Shown one piece after another: positions 1 through 15,400 of a DNA stretch of 64,000 nt. Each line of letters starts with the position of its first letter. Within the stretch, counting starts at the first letter, position 1. The notes under the pieces were generated by a model, which saw only the letters and a list, made by a program, of their open reading frames with translations, had not been told where the DNA came from and ran no database searches. The DNA is from Phoronis australis (taxonomy: Eukaryota > Animalia > Phoronida), in the NCBI GenBank assembly GCA_002633005.1, contig NMRA01000463.1, positions 248,001 to 312,000 on the forward strand, written 5' to 3'. The position numbers were made by a program, and so were the translations under genes.

Positions 1-655
1 CACCAATTATTCCAGCTGTTTCGTCGCAAAGCAATAATTTTAGACTATATTAGAGATTTGTTTTCTGCAAAAATGAGTTACAGTACATCATCAAGAATTT
101 GGTTTACCGAATTCATCCACGCAATTGATTATCGACAACAGTCATCTTTTAATCATTTTTTGTGACCAAACAGAACACCAGCATTGGCATCCAAGTATGA
201 GTCTCATAGAACGTCGGGAATGTAACATTTAAGTCCTCTGCTTTACTGGTTACCACAAATGTCGGCCCTGTGGGGCCGTACTCCCCAATTGCTCTACTGA
301 TACTACAGACTATTGTTTAACCTATAACTCGCTGTAGTCTTTATGAGACCAGTGAAACGGTAAGGACTGCTCGTTCTTCGGAAGTCACCTTCGTCGCATT
401 TTCATTGCCTCTGCATGAACAATGAGCCCAGCAAAACGTCTTGCGTTAAGTGTTCGTGACTGAGTCGCTTAAACGCGTCGTTAAACTATGAACTACCATG
501 GTAGTCGCTTCTCATCTCATGGTATGGTAGATATTCCATTAAAACTGTTTTCTGCTTTTATTGTCCCGCAAAATGGAATGTCATCTCCTTTACAAACATG
601 ACATAAACATGTAAATGTCTCTATTTAACAATCATGGCCTCCACATCTACACGTA
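1..655. repeat. Near-identical copy of 1083-1737 ending at an assembly gap (probable uncollapsed allele)
   Basis: 1-655 aligns to 1083-1737 with about 4 substitutions seen by eye and no indels; the copy stops exactly at the N run. Confidence 0.9.
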
Positions 656-768
656 NNNNNNNNNNNNNNNNNNNNNNNNNNNNNNNNNNNNNNNNNNNNN
701 NNNNNNNNNNNNNNNNNNNNNNNNNNNNNNNNNNNNNNNNNNNNNNNNNNNNNNNNNNNNNNNNNNNN
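656..768. other. Assembly gap (N run)
   Basis: Run of n. Confidence 1.
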
Positions 769-1767
769 CCTGTTGGTTCACAAAATTGCGTATTATGAAC
801 AACGAAAGTTCATTTTAAAAAATATTTCCGGAATATTTAAATGTCTCATAGGAGCCCTGTGTACGGATTGTGGGATATCCAGCGATCGAGGAATATGAAA
901 AACACAAAATAACAAGAGGTCCTGTGCACCAATGAGTATCTTAGATCTTTTAGCCAATTTACTTAGTCGAAACACTAACTTTTTAGGCAATTGGTGTCCA
1001 TAAGTTTTTTTCAATCGCAAAAACTAGTTTTGGTTTACTACCATCACGGAAGTTTTATTCCAGACAGGGAGCTGCGTAGTAGCACCAATTATTCCAGCTT
1101 TTTCGTCGCAAAGCAATAATTTTAGATTATATTAGAGATTTGTTTTCTGCAAAAATGAGTTACAGTACATCATCAAGAATTTGGTTTACCGAATTCATCC
1201 ACGCAATTGATTATCGACAACAGTCATCTTTTAATAATTTTTTGTGACCAAACAGAACACCAGCATTGGCATCCAAGTATGAGTCTCATAGAACGTCGGG
1301 AATGTAACATTTAAGTCCTCTGCTATACTGGTTACCACAAATGTCGGCCCTGTGGGGCCGTACTCCCCAATTGCTCTACTGATACTACAGACTATTGTTT
1401 AACCTATAACTCGCTGTAGTCTTTATGAGACCAGTGAAACGGTAAGGACTGCTCGTTCTTCGGAAGTCACCTTCGTCGCATTTTCATTGCCTCTGCATGA
1501 ACAATGAGCCCAGCAAAACGTCTTGCGTTAAGTGTTCGTGACTGAGTCGCTTAAACGCGTCGTTAAACTATGAACTACCATGGTAGTCGCTTCTCATCTC
1601 ATGGTATGGTAGATATTCCATTAAAACTGTTTTCTGCTTTTATTGTCCCGCAAAATGGAATGTCATCTCCTTTACAAACATGACATAAACATGTAAATGT
1701 CTCTATTTAACAATCATGGCCTCCACATCTACACGTACATGTACAGTACATATACGTCTCGCCAAAG

Positions 1768-1927
1768 CAGGGTAGAGATCACTAACGCTAGGAACTCGCT
1801 AAAAAGCAAGTCACAGCAAGATTACACGAGAAATTGCCTATATTTTAAATGAAAACTTGTGATGTGATTGTGGCTAGATTTCATCGAGGTCCTTGCGTAG
1901 GTCCAGGTCTTACTGAACTCTACCTAG
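1768..1927. mobile_element. ~155-bp MITE family A, copy 1
   Basis: Imperfect TIRs CAGGGTAGAGATCACTAA / TTACTGAACTCTACCTAG. The internal sequence (CTCGCTAAAAAGCAAG...AGATTAC..GAGA..TT) is shared with the copies at ~11.9 kb and 40.8 kb. Confidence 0.65.
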
Positions 1928-4900
1928 ATCTAAGACAAACACTACCTCAAACTTCCTATATTGCTGCTGTTGGGTGATTTTAACAGATAACAATTCATAG
2001 GATTTTTTCCCTGCGCTGCAGTGTTTGGAATTGTTTAGAGTTAATTTCTATGTAATAATCTTCTAATTTACACTTCACTGCATTGCAACAGATGTTTCGG
2101 GAAAGAAAATCAGACAACAAACAAACAGCAAAAACACACTCAAGTTTACAAGTCCAACGCAGATGCATAGTCCACAAACGTTTTTAAGCCGCTCTATTTT
2201 TCCTTCAATATCAAAACTAAGGAGCTTATAATTTAATCTTTCACGACACATGGAAATACTGTACATTACTTATACTAAACGTGTAGTCAACAGTTGAGTT
2301 TCCTTTGCAAAAACATACTTGGGCTTTACTCAGAACACTGCCGAAATCTTATAGTTGTAACTATTATATATTTGGCATTGCACTGCTCTTTGTGCATCAC
2401 AATCTATCTGTATAGCAAGCGAGAATATACATGTATTTCATCCCACTTGCCAAAGTTTAGTGTTCGTAACCTCATATCTCTACTGCCCCCTGTTACAACC
2501 ACTTCCGCCGGATACAAATTTTGCGCAGAAACTGTAATTTATTAGGGTGCATACATTTACAGTAAACAGCTAGCCACGGTTCCTAGTACGTGGCGAGTTT
2601 TTTTAATAAAACTTTCGGACTGACTATAAGATTTTGGAAACTTTTTTCTCAATACGAAAGTTAAAGAAAATCAGTCGCTTATCTTTTTACGCAGTTGTAT
2701 TTATGATTGCTTTACCCGTATAATTTTCATTCATATAATTTTGTATCAAAATTTAGAGTACGTTATGAATCCTAAGGAGGAACGCTTAGTATCTCAAAAA
2801 GGTGCAAAAACAAGCACAAGCCGTAACATCTTAGCCAGGAATGTTCGCCTACATCTACCTGTAAAGACAAATGTTTTCAATCACGAATGGTTGTCTTTAC
2901 GAACCACTACTTATAGTGCTAATAAAACAACTTCATTTTAACATTATTCTTTTGTGACTGAAAGATCAATTTTAGAACTTCTGAAAAATAGTTTGAATCC
3001 AGACTACCACAGTGAAATAAGGCGACCCTATGTCTGGTGCCAGTTTGTACATGTAAAATAACTGTTTCAACGAAAAGATTGCCAGTTGGGGAAAATTTAA
3101 CCATATATCCGCTTTCCCACTACTTAAACCGCAGTACATGCAAAGAACCAGCCTAACATACTGTTCAATACAATACACCGTACACTGTACCTTCAGAGAA
3201 TTTACATAAGCAACGGTAGCAAATTGCCAGTGTTTCCAATTGGCAGGACTAGCAGCCACTGCACTGAATTTCTAATGTAAAACTGATTCAGACCACTGAC
3301 GGCGCATGTATCGGACCACGTGTAGCGATCGAGTCCCGGATAAAGGTGGAGTTTAACAGGACAAATGAGACGCTGGTTCAATCCCTTCTCCTCAGTGTTA
3401 GTGGTTCCACTGGGTAATTAAAACGCCGATCTATACTGATTAAAGTCCGTTCCCCGAAAAAAATCATTTAAATCTAAATTTACTTCATCAGATAAAAATT
3501 TAGAAAGAGACATATGACGTATGTTGCAGAGTATACACTGATATGTATTTCCCCTTTTAATACTCATTTGTTTCGAACGCTTCACTCGAAATTTCAAATT
3601 CATGGGAGCAACTGTCTTCGCCAGTGGCAAAGCTCTAAAAATGGTTGCGTTGTTGAAATTTACACTTACCATTTCTAAAATCCAGCATAAGCTCGTAATA
3701 CTGCGGAAAAATATTCCTCATAATTGAAACATTTTTTCTCGCGTTTTTAAGACCCAATTCCATGCCTTATTCACATCTGAAGCCGAACTAACTGGTGCTC
3801 CACATGCGGCATTTCATGGCTGATCTATTATTCCATATACGTCATATCATTCATTGCTGAGATAACACGTGACAAGTTTTGGCTGACTTTTTTCCATGGA
3901 AGAGAACGTACGTATTCAGTGCAAACGGGCTTACTGGAATCGTCCAATAATGGATGCCGAAGTATTTCGGGGCTTTCTATTTCATGCAGAACCTGTAGTT
4001 ATTGAATGAGTATTCAACATTAGACCCGAGATACATGTAAGTTCTTGCAATATTTGCCCTGCACCATCCTCGCGCATTAATACGTCATTTTGCCCGGGCG
4101 TACATTGACTTTCAGAGTTTTTTTGACAGGCAGTTTTCAGCCTTTCAAGTTGCAAAATTTTGAACATTGCGAACCAGTCAGCGGAACTACTGCTAAAATT
4201 TAGCTAGTCTGTATCTTCAACGACTTTCGTGGCAGTTGTATTCTAGGTGATTTCGTTAATTTTAGCAGGTATTTGCCACGTGCTTCTTCTCCCCGTACAA
4301 ATACACATATCCGCTAGAAAGAGCCGACTTAACTATCGCCTCGGCAAATAGACTTTGTGTTAGCGTACTTCAATTGCTTAAATATTTTTGCCGTTCTGGA
4401 CGGGTGGAGATAAAAAAAAAATAATCCTGGAAACCAAAATACTGGTGTTGAGGTCTGTTTACTTATTGTACGAAAATCTAACCCGTGGATTTAAACAAAA
4501 TAGTAGAACAAACAGAGTGTTACCCCGATCAGAAGACTGAGACTGAACGAAAACTACATGTAATGTCGGTAAACTAAACAAGCTCAGGCGAACTCTCGTC
4601 ACACCTAAGAGAATATTTTACTGAGGCAGCCATATTTGTTCCGGTGGCCGATTTACTCCGCTAGCCTAAATTTATAACTGTTCACTAATACCCTCTTCTA
4701 AGGTCAGAAATTTTGATACCGCGGTAAGGTTAGCCCGGTATATTACCGTTCTCCACGTTAGTTAAGAAGCTTGCGGTCAGTAAAAAAAACGTTAGGTCAC
4801 GGGAATAAGGGCTCTATCGAAAGCACCTCAAGGAAGTAATGACATTATATTAATAGTCATCCTGATCTCAGGTAAAATCAGCAGGCGGCAGTTAAGGCTA

Positions 4901-6262
4901 TTCCGTTTAAATATTGATGGAAATGCATAATTGGAGTCAGGTGTTGTTCAATCGTTTCACCTCTGCCATAGAAAACTGCGACGAATAAACAGACAAACGT
5001 TGGTATTATGCTCCATGAGGACTCGGCGATGAAAGACAGATTTGACTTTAAAACAGGTAAAAGGTGAAAGTACGGGACTGCCATGGATGGATGCCATCGA
5101 TATGAGAGTATTGAGGAAACTTGTTTTCAGATAGAATCTTTCAGTTTTTGCTGAGCTCTGCACGCTTCTTTACCTTCGTTCATGAGGGTAAATCTCACTG
5201 ACGTGAAATCTATTGCCCTGCTGCATGTCGGAAACCAGTCATAGTTGTTAGGTACACGCCTATAAGTTTCTTTTTTGTTTAAGAATATGTGTCGCTGCGA
5301 CGGCGTGTGTCCGCCATAGCACGAGCCAAATTATGTTCGCTTGAATTCGCGGTTTTTCGAGGACAACATTTGTCTGCAAGAACCTGCGTTCTCCCTTTTT
5401 CTAAGGGAGACGTTTTGTACTTATTGTTTCTCTTATGCACTATCGGCCATCTTCAATATAATAGTTAATTTTGAGTCTTTCGACACTCGTATGATTGTTG
5501 TAGTTATCATTCCTGACTAGAGGTTTCCAACTTTTACAACGGCCGCCACCTGTGATCGGCCTACTTGCAAATGAACAAATCTGAAAAATTTCTGAATGCA
5601 TGGATAAAAGTAATAACAGCCCAATCGGCAAAAGTAACACATTTTTGTAATCGCCATGACGAAACAATTCAGAAAAGAGTAAAATCAAGTATGTAAGTTT
5701 ATAGAGTAGGTTTGTAAAAAATAATCGGTTGTAGTTCTTTTCATTACGCTTCTTGAATTTTGTAGATAATTCGGTTAAAAGTATATGCTTCATGGTAACC
5801 TAATTCATCAGATTATTTTTTTCGGCTGTTCATATCGTAATATATAACTAATCCACCATAGTACCAATAGTTGTGAATGACCTCTTGACGTGAGAAAGTA
5901 GTACCCTGAAAGTATGAAATCTGCTTTGCAGGACAGTAGGTCATTCAAGTTGCAGTAGATTCCGAATATCAGAGATACTAACTTGGTCAATAAAGAGTGA
6001 CCTAAATGAGCTGAAAATCATCAGCTTTACTGCGATGTGGTTAATTACAGCTGAGGTGCAAGACACAGGCGGTTATCGGCTCAGGGCGTCCACTCTGCGC
6101 CGAGGTGGTATTTCACCGTGGAAATTCTATACCACTCATGATTTTTCACGGCTCATGCACACAATAAAGGCATAAAAGTGTATTTCCTCTCCTATCATGA
6201 ACGCATTATCTGGGTTTACAGCGGACGATAATTTCAAATCGCTGTGTGCGTTTCTATTACAG

Positions 6263-6474
6263 CGTATCTCGAAACGGAAGATCATCACCGACCAAAACAA
6301 ATTATGGACAGGTGGCATTGTACCGTGGTACTTCGATTCCACGCGGAAATTCGATCACCAAAAGTCACGTGACACTGTTTGGAACGCCATCTACCACTGG
6401 CAAAACATGACGTGTCTACGATTCCCGTACAGGAACACTGACTCAAACTATCTGTTGATAGGGGGAGGCAAAGG
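6263..6474 (+). CDS. Gene 1 exon: end of prodomain with basic cleavage site and start of astacin domain
   Basis: ttacAG acceptor; RISKRKIITDQNKLWTGGIVPWYF...AIYHWQNMTCLRFPYR...GGGKG; GTAAGT donor (phase 2). Confidence 0.93.
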
Positions 6475-9400
6475 GTAAGTATGAGTTATCAGCTCCATAG
6501 ATAAAATCTATAGAATGTGTTCTTACAGGTTTCGGACGCAAAATATCTGAATCCGTTAGAAAATAGATCCTTCTAATGTTAGAATTCGAGTTCTTGTCCC
6601 CGAATATTGAAACTTGCAAAAATAACTCGTTTGGATCTTAGAGAACGCTTTTAATTTTATGATTAATTTAATAGATGGAAATAATCTATTTTATAGTGTA
6701 CGACCATTTTGCTGCTAAACTTTGAGGAAGTGGACACAATTCACACACACACGAAATTTGATTGAAGTTGGCACTCCAGTCCTAGAGTTCTATGGTTTGA
6801 GAATTATACAGATTCAGTCGAAAATCATCTGATGACTTGAATTCAACTGATTAGCGTTACCAAAATGAACATTCTGAGACGCTTGTTTTACTATGGAAAT
6901 TTGAAATAATGACCCAAATATGTATTTTCAATACAAGGGTTTAAAGGAAAATTTACTGCAATGAGCGAATACACACGGCCAACCTATTTTGGGTGAATGA
7001 ATAGGGTGTAGGAATAGGCTTATATAGCGCAAATAACAATCTTAACGTGTTATTTTACCGGCTTGCGATTTTGTGTTTTTCCCCTGTTTAATAAATTAGT
7101 GACTTGGCGCCCAAATACCCAACGTTGTAGTGGGTGGCACGTTGTGCGTGATTCAAAACATAATTCTTGCGATGTTTCACTCATTTCGTGTTCCTAAATT
7201 GATTGATTTTATAACTTTATGATGATATGCTAGATTTGACAGCAACAAGAACAGTGGTGGGAAGTCAAAAGCATTCATTTATTCAAGATTTTTTAAGCGC
7301 TTCATTTGTTGCCTATCGGCGTGTAACTATTGGTCCATTAAGATGGGTACGCATTGGTCATTGCATTTACGTGCGTGTTTATTTGGGATATATCAATAAA
7401 TATTTCTCACTCCTTCCCTATCCCGAGGGTATGTTTCTGGGAGGTTAATTTTCACCGAAATATTTTTTCAACGTAATAGCTAAACCATTTTACGTTTAGA
7501 TGTAGCTCATTCCTCGGACGCATAGATCGGCCACAAGAGATAACATTGAACGAAGAAGGCTGTGTTTACGTGAGTACGCTGTACAGATTTTTATCATCAA
7601 CAAGAAAGATAGCAAACGTATTTTTTTAAGTCTAGTTTGCCTGTGTTTAGGTGAGTTCTGTGTTCCAACTTTTCATCATTAACGAATACTATCGAAAACA
7701 CTTTTAAATCTTGTATGCCCGCCACCTGCTGGCCAAACTTTCATACTGTCATGTATGCTAACAGATAGAAATTCCACGTGTTCGTTTGCACATATTGACT
7801 CAAAACAATAAGCATCCCTCAAAGACATGCGACATCGTGCTCTTTTGACACAGCAAAATATAACCCCAGAGGCATTATTCAAAACTGTTTCCTTGTTGCT
7901 TAAGTTTGGGATAGCCACAGGAAACAGCTGATAAAGAATTGCCCAAATCTATTCGTTTATAAAGAGGTGATTCCTACTATCCATCATCACATAACATAGT
8001 CGTTTCAAGATAATGTACAACAGTAGGTTGTTAAAGAATAGTTACATACTTTTCATAGGTTTAGGGGGGACATCCCCGCTTGACTGCCGCAAGCCAAAGT
8101 CGAACAGCAACAGCGTAAAGCAAGAGGGAATTTTGCGTAACCTATACCGGTATCGGAGAAGGGGGGCTCAGAATTATCGAAGGTCACAAACCCGTCCACT
8201 AAAACTTTTGGTCCACTGCTGCAAACACAATCATGCTTTGCCCAATTCCCCGAGACAACATCTTCGAATGTTGCTCCCCCCTTATGATATCCTAGATCCG
8301 CCAGTGACTGATTTCGCATGAAATTCCAGAAAGGAATCATAGTGCACGAAATAGGACACGCCATTGGGTTCCACCACGAGCAATCGAGAAGCGACAGGGA
8401 CAACTTCGTAGAAATTCTTTGGGAGAACCTTTATCATGAAGGAAACTTTGAAAAGAAGACAACTTCGGTTGCCGTTGAGTACGACCTTGAAAGCGTCATG
8501 CACTACGGTTTAAAGGTGAGCGAAATAGCCATAGCTATACATATACCTGGATATGAACAGGAATATATACATGTAATTGAACGGCAGATTTTTTCCGCAC
8601 ACTTCAGTTTTAGGAATAGCTTTTCGTATTTCCGGGCAACACGTCTAGTCCCGCTGCATAATCGCTTCTGCAGTTGCTTTTTTGATCAAATCAGTAATGC
8701 TAAGTGAAGGTATTTGCGGATAACTGCGAAGTCCATATTTACACTTAGAATAGTTGTTTTTTAGTTTGATGTAAATTCTCTAGGCATTCTCAAGAAACGG
8801 TCAGCCGAGCATCAAAGTAAAACGACATGAGTTGTCCTTTTTGGCCGGTAGCCGTCACGGTCTGACGTTCTACGACGCAAAACTGGCCAATATCATGTAC
8901 AATTGCGCAGGTATGTACATTTGCTTGAAATATTACAGCGTGCATCAAAATAAATAAATGATTCATTAATGAAAGACCAAGGCTCATTGGTGACATCGAT
9001 GTTTGTAAGCGTATAATGTAAACACGGCACGTGAAGCCGTGGGGTGGTTGGGAAAATCAATTTAATGAAAACTGAATATTTAGACAACACTTGTAGTAGA
9101 CGTTAAATATTGTCTTGGATAATCTAGTACGTGCGTTTTCTAAGGTAATACCATTCCAAGTATTGTTGAGTGTAAATGTATTAAATTCCCTACGAAATAT
9201 TTGACGGTCCTACCGTTCTAGATGGATGCACCAACACGTGTCATAACCATGGCTACGCTTTCAAGACTCCTGGCGGCCAATGCGTGTGTAAATGCCCTGC
9301 GTTCTTGACTGGTGACTGTAACACGGTGGATGGACTCACAACAGGTATTTCCAACATGCCTCTTTCACAGATATAGAAAATATGTCTTACGGTTAGTGCT

Positions 9401-12400
9401 AGCGCTGCAATTGCGGTGCTGAAATAGTGCATGTACCTGTACCATGAAAGTGGGGGATGCCAAATTTGTGACCGAGTTACTAGTACGGCAGCTGTTAGAT
9501 GGTAAGAACACCTAAACTGGAACAGCAAAGTTTGCGCACACGGCGGAAATCCCAAAGACTCTCCATGCCATGCGTCGGAAGCTTATGGGAAATCATGCTT
9601 CATAGCTGGCTAAAACAAAGTCACGTTACTACAAGTAGGCCTACTGAGCATATAGGCCGCAGTTCAATGTCGTCTGTGTTTTTGCATCCTTTCACCTAGA
9701 ACGACCACCTCAAAGAAATTGCTAAAGAAATCTGTTTGTCCAGGTACTAGACAAGCGTTCTTACCGGCAGCGTTTCTAACACCATCGAAGTATGGGGGAT
9801 GAGTTTTAGTGCGTTAATTATTGGCCCTCCGCAGAGGTCGCCCTGGGTGTGAATAAACAAGCCGCTTATGCTGTAGTGTAATCAAAACAAAGAGTTCAGT
9901 TTACGATTTCGTGTGTGTCAAAGCTACACGTATTCATGTGTTTGTCCAGCATTCATTAAAAGGAGAGTGAAAATGGACATTGACTGGAGTCAGCTGGATA
10001 AGTTTTGGTTTCTAGAGTGATGTTTTCTAGTTAATGAGTACCTGCAATTTGAATTTCCATTCAATTAGTTCTTTTTAAATATATATCAGCAGTGCGATTT
10101 CAAGGTTCCTTTACAAAAACACCTCGTGACCCAGAGGACCTCAAAAGTATTGGTCAATTTTAGAACACTTGAACATTTATGTCATCTATTTGTGTCTTCC
10201 TCATATGCCATTTTGCGAGTTTTCTCGCATAATTTCGCTTGCTTGTATTTGTCCCCTCCACTGTTGCATACATGTAGCACTACGTGTTCCCTTCACTCCC
10301 TTGCTTCTAAAAATCAAACTATTGTTATATTTGTTTCTATGTCTTCCACACACAGTATCACACTGCTAGACTGGTGACAAGGCAGCGATGACGTACATGT
10401 AACTTTAAGTTACACTACAAGAAAAAAGAGGACATTAAAATCGCAAGGCACCAAGACAATTAAAATGCTCGAACAAATTATTTAGGTTACAGTGACAAAC
10501 TGATTCCTAGTTATTTTGTCTGACGCATGCGCGTGCTCATTTCGAATTCACCGTCAAAGCCTTCTCCGATATAATCTAGTTACGTGTACTCAACTTTATG
10601 ACGGTTCTAATTTTCTCATTTGATGCAACCAACAAAATATTACAGAAACACCTTCGTAAACAGCAGTTCAAGATTGCACCAAGAACATTTAATCCTGGAC
10701 TAATAAAATTCGCAATCCAAACGTGTTTATCGCAAAACAACCGTCTCAGCAACTTCCATTGAGTTTAGTAGGCACCCGAATTTTGTCTAACGTGCTAAGA
10801 AGCTTGCTTTGGACTTCTTCGACTTGTTCGTGTGTATGGTGCTTCTAGAAGAATTTTCCAGACCAAAATCGCACTAGATATCCTTAGATTCGAGGTACAC
10901 GGATCGAAAATCATGAACTGTTTCAGTGAATAACACGTAAGAATTCCGGTCTGTGGCCTGTTCATTTAGCCTAAGATCCACAAATCTGTAGACTTGAACT
11001 CACACAAAATGTTTTACTGAATTACATGTACTTACAATGTAGCCTGTGCAATGTTTGTGTTTGTACACATCTATCCGTTATTGGGCCTCGTGACCATGTG
11101 CTTACTAAAATCTAGCAAGGAAGAAGTTACTGTGATGGCAAAACCTTACTACGACTTATATAATCAATTTTTATACAAATGTCCAAGGAGGAACCATGTA
11201 CAGGTAAATTGTAAGGGTAGGATGATGGTCGTCCGACAGTTGGAGTTTGCTAAGATGGACACAAATGTTAAAAGCCCGTTGAATTAAGACCAGCAGCTTG
11301 GCCTGCTTGGTCTACTATGTGATACTTTTATGACACCTCATTTCATAACAATATGCGTCTGTTACTGCTCGCAAATTTAATATGTTTTTTGTCTTTAATT
11401 TTCACCTACACCACGTCCAAGCTCTGGGATCATGAAACTCTTGTATTGATAGTCGGGCTTCTTGCAAATTTGCAAACAATGTAAAATTAATTCCAAGCAA
11501 AGTTTCAGGGAAAAGTGCATCAATACTATTAGCCATTTCTGACACGCCAAATGTGGGCATTTTCTAGGGTCCCACATCACATAAATTTGAATGTACGCCG
11601 CCTTATTTTCGAAACTCGATTCCACCATCCTTTAAACTATTGTCATGTTTAGACTTCGTAAACATCTACTATAGCAATGCATTTCGCGCTCATATGGTGT
11701 GTCATTTATTTAGCAAGCAACTCCTCATTCATTCACTTCGTTGTAACAGATTACCCTTCCTGTGGAGGAGTCTACAAGCTGAGTGCCACGAACCCTACAG
11801 TGACCATACAGAGTCCAAACTATCCAAACAACTATTATGTGGGAACATTGTGTGTGTACGTCTTCAAGGTAAAACTGCCTCCCGTTCAGTAACACTAGGA
11901 CCTCGCTAAAAAGCAAGACTTCGCGAGATTACGTGAGATATTACCGTGCATTTTAAATAAGAACACGTGACTTTGACTACGTTTTAGCTAGGTCGTAGAG
12001 TAGGTCCTAGCGTCTACTGAACGCACGCCTGGTTACGATCTGAGTGAGGTTGCAGGTTGCAGTGTGTTGTGCGAAATGGTTCGCTTACATCAGAATACTT
12101 CTACGTTAAATTTGCAAACAGAAAAAATGCCCAACAAGTCGCCGCTCCGGCAGGCTTATATAGTCAGCCGGCAAATCAACAGTTTTAGGTTTGCTGACAG
12201 AGTCATGTTGTAAACATGTAACCATTCTCAAATGATCGATGTGAACCCTTTGTTGAAAATTTGGGCTAGCGCTAAACTGAAATATTTACCGTTGCCAAGG
12301 TAACTGGATTACTTGGGAGCAAGAATCAGCCGTTTTCGGTTATGAGGGCTGTTGTGTATCTTACTTTGTCAAATAAAGTAGACACTCAATGAAGTACGCA

Positions 12401-15400
12401 GTGAAACGAACAGAATTGAACTGAACACTGAACTGTTTTATTCCAGATATCACAACAATATATATACACACAACTACATAACAACTTATGATGCGTCACC
12501 TATGACACACTTACTATACTAGGAATCGCATGACATAATAGCAATTAAACTAATGATCCTAAACTAAACAATAACAACGTACAAACATCCTGTTATGGTG
12601 TGACTATGTACACAACAAGGGCAAAGTTTGGTTTGAAGCAGGCAATGTTTTCACTTTTATGCTGTATGCAGTTTGCATTGCCAAATATCTCTGAGTGAAC
12701 GTCCAAATGCCTAACAACATGTGTAATGTAACTACGACTCCAATCTCACCTAGTGACGGGGATCTTCAGCGTAAGCCATTAAGTTAACAAACATACACAG
12801 GCAAACGTTATGGTCAGCGTGAAACACTTCCTGAGAAGGTAGCGGCAGTATCGGCATGTGATCCACGGTTAATGACCGGTGCTGAGGAACTTGTATCCTA
12901 GGTGACGGTCCTGGGATAGCAGCACTGCCGGAAGTATCGGCGTTTTTTCGTTAGTGTTGGCGCAGATTAGTTGATTGTCAGCTGATTCAAACACATACGG
13001 TCTAATGTTCATCTATTTGCACGCTGCTGCTCCCTTCCAGCCATTTCCCATGTTATCCAGATCCTGCACGTGCGTTCTCATATCTCCTAGGGTCGCAGGG
13101 CTTGAGTTTTTCGCGTTTGCCTAATAGCCCAGCACAATTTACCGATTTTTCTCAGATAGCTTCTCTCTAGACTGTTTCTGTGTAGCCTACGTTAACGCGT
13201 TGGACGATTTGGGTTTTGCGTTGTAAAAGCCTTTCCTTGGGGCTTCTAGGCATGCCAACGCTAACAGCCTTTCTTTACTCCTGCAAAGCAGATTGCAGTT
13301 CGGAAGACTTTTTGAGGAGTCGATACCCACTATTTTCACAGCTGACTCAGCCTGTCCATTACAGTGCAATTATTGGGCAGAGCTCATATAATGACCAAAT
13401 TGTCTGTAGTTGCCGAATGCCTTGGACTCACACGAACAAGAGCTGTGGCCCGTTGTCAGACGTGACCGCCCTAGGAATTCCCGACGGTGCAAACGATTTT
13501 TTGCAGACGCCAGACTGCAAAGACAGACTCCAACGCCAGGTAGAATAATTGCTCATATTCAAAGTAGACCGAGCGTTAGTCTGGCACGACAAATAAACAC
13601 ACGACTTTTCAGCCGGGGGCAGAATACCAGTTTCTAACTTCATGTACCGGTCTTCCGATATCAACTGAATTTCGACCTGCCTTTAGTGGTTGCAGGCGCT
13701 TCTCGTAGGCACTGACTGCCTCGGGACAGATGTCTCTGCCCTTTATAATCAAAGCCATGGGCGACCGTCAGCTCATCGCTAATAGCAAAGATACTATATA
13801 CCAATATGGCCGTCCCAGTCTTGACGAATTTACATGTAGGTCACTGCCCGACATCTTTGGTAACTATAAAATCTTTACTAATAGTGCAGTATTTCCGTAC
13901 AGTGTCGGTAACATTGCAATACGAGCAGTCCAGGCGATCTGGATTTAATATTTTGAAGCCATTGAAGTCTTACAATTGGTTTGTCCTGAAATTTATTTCA
14001 CGGGCAAAGTTGCGACTGAAATTAAGTGTCTTCGGTTTTCAAACCTTTTTAACTTACTTCCAGTTAAATACTATTTGATTCTAATGTTTCAAACCCTGTT
14101 TGCTGATTCGAAACCATTTTTGTCTCATATAATTTGTTCTTGGTCGTGACATCATATGCAATATCATCCATACTTGTTAAATGTCGTTTGATGTACACAT
14201 GTACAATGTATGTACGGTTTTACTTTTCATTCAACAGTTGCGTTTGTTCCTCGTCTCTACATTTTTACATGTATATGAGCTGTTAAGTTATGGAGTAAAA
14301 ACTGTGTCTAAAAGTGCGTTCAAGTTCTCTCGGTTTAAGCAGTTATGTTTCGGTCACTTTTGTCATAAGAAATAGGAAACAAATAGCCAAAATAGGTTTC
14401 ATGGTTGATAAAGGTGCCTTCATTGTGTCTTAGTAAGTCCTTGACCATTGGACGAAATTAACCTATATGTACGAGTCGTGATGACAGACATACGACTGCT
14501 TGGACGCTTTACAGTTTTCTGGATTTATACTTTAACCGAGCTTGGTAACTGATGTCGTTTGGATTTTGTGTGGTTAACACATCTCGCTATGACGCAAAAT
14601 TTGCACCCGATTGGAAATAAGTGATCTCCACACAAAAATTTATTTGCCTTCTCGGTTTCTTCCGTCCAGCTATATTTTCCAGGCAGTATGTTTATTTTTC
14701 TACGGCCGTTTTTTTGTTTAAACCTGATGAGTCCTCATGGACGTGCCGTAGATTATGAGTTGTATTATTATTCCAAACCATTTTTAGAATATTGTGTTTT
14801 CACTGACTTATGGGGTACGTTGCTTTTGGTGTCGTGTAATCAATTTCTCATACAAGTCAAATTAATTTTGTGACTATTTGGAATAGGAAAAAGATGGCAC
14901 AAACCTGGTAAAGTGGGTTGAAAAGCATATCTATGGACACAGTGGTGCGCATTTTTTAAATTGTTGCTCTGTATGCACGTTTGCCTGTTTGGTGTACAAC
15001 TTCTTATAGTTTGAGGGACATTTGTCCTACCGGTAAGTGGTATCATAGCGATGTGTCAAGTTAGAGCAGTTTTCTAACTAATAACATAAGTGATCGTTTA
15101 CTTAAATTTAAAGAACGTTTAAATATGGACCCAAAACCGTGTTCAGCTGACAAATTTGTTCAAACACAACTTATTACTGACGAAGTTTTAATCAGCAGAA
15201 TGTACCATCATAGGCACCCGCAGGCACCGCAAATGGTGTGAAGCTTACCTTCTCCGACTTTGACGTGACTGGCTCACCCAACAATTGTGATCACTTCGTA
15301 CAGATCAACGCAAATCTCATTGGACAGAAAGGAGTTAAGTGAGTAGAGGACTTCCAAAATCGAATTTTGAAAAAAATCAATTCACAAATATGCCCTATTT

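Noticed and set aside
4832-4871. Hydrophobic segment DIILIVILIS before a GT donor as the signal-peptide exon of gene 1
   Set aside because: No in-frame ATG after the upstream stop, and no compatible downstream exon found.
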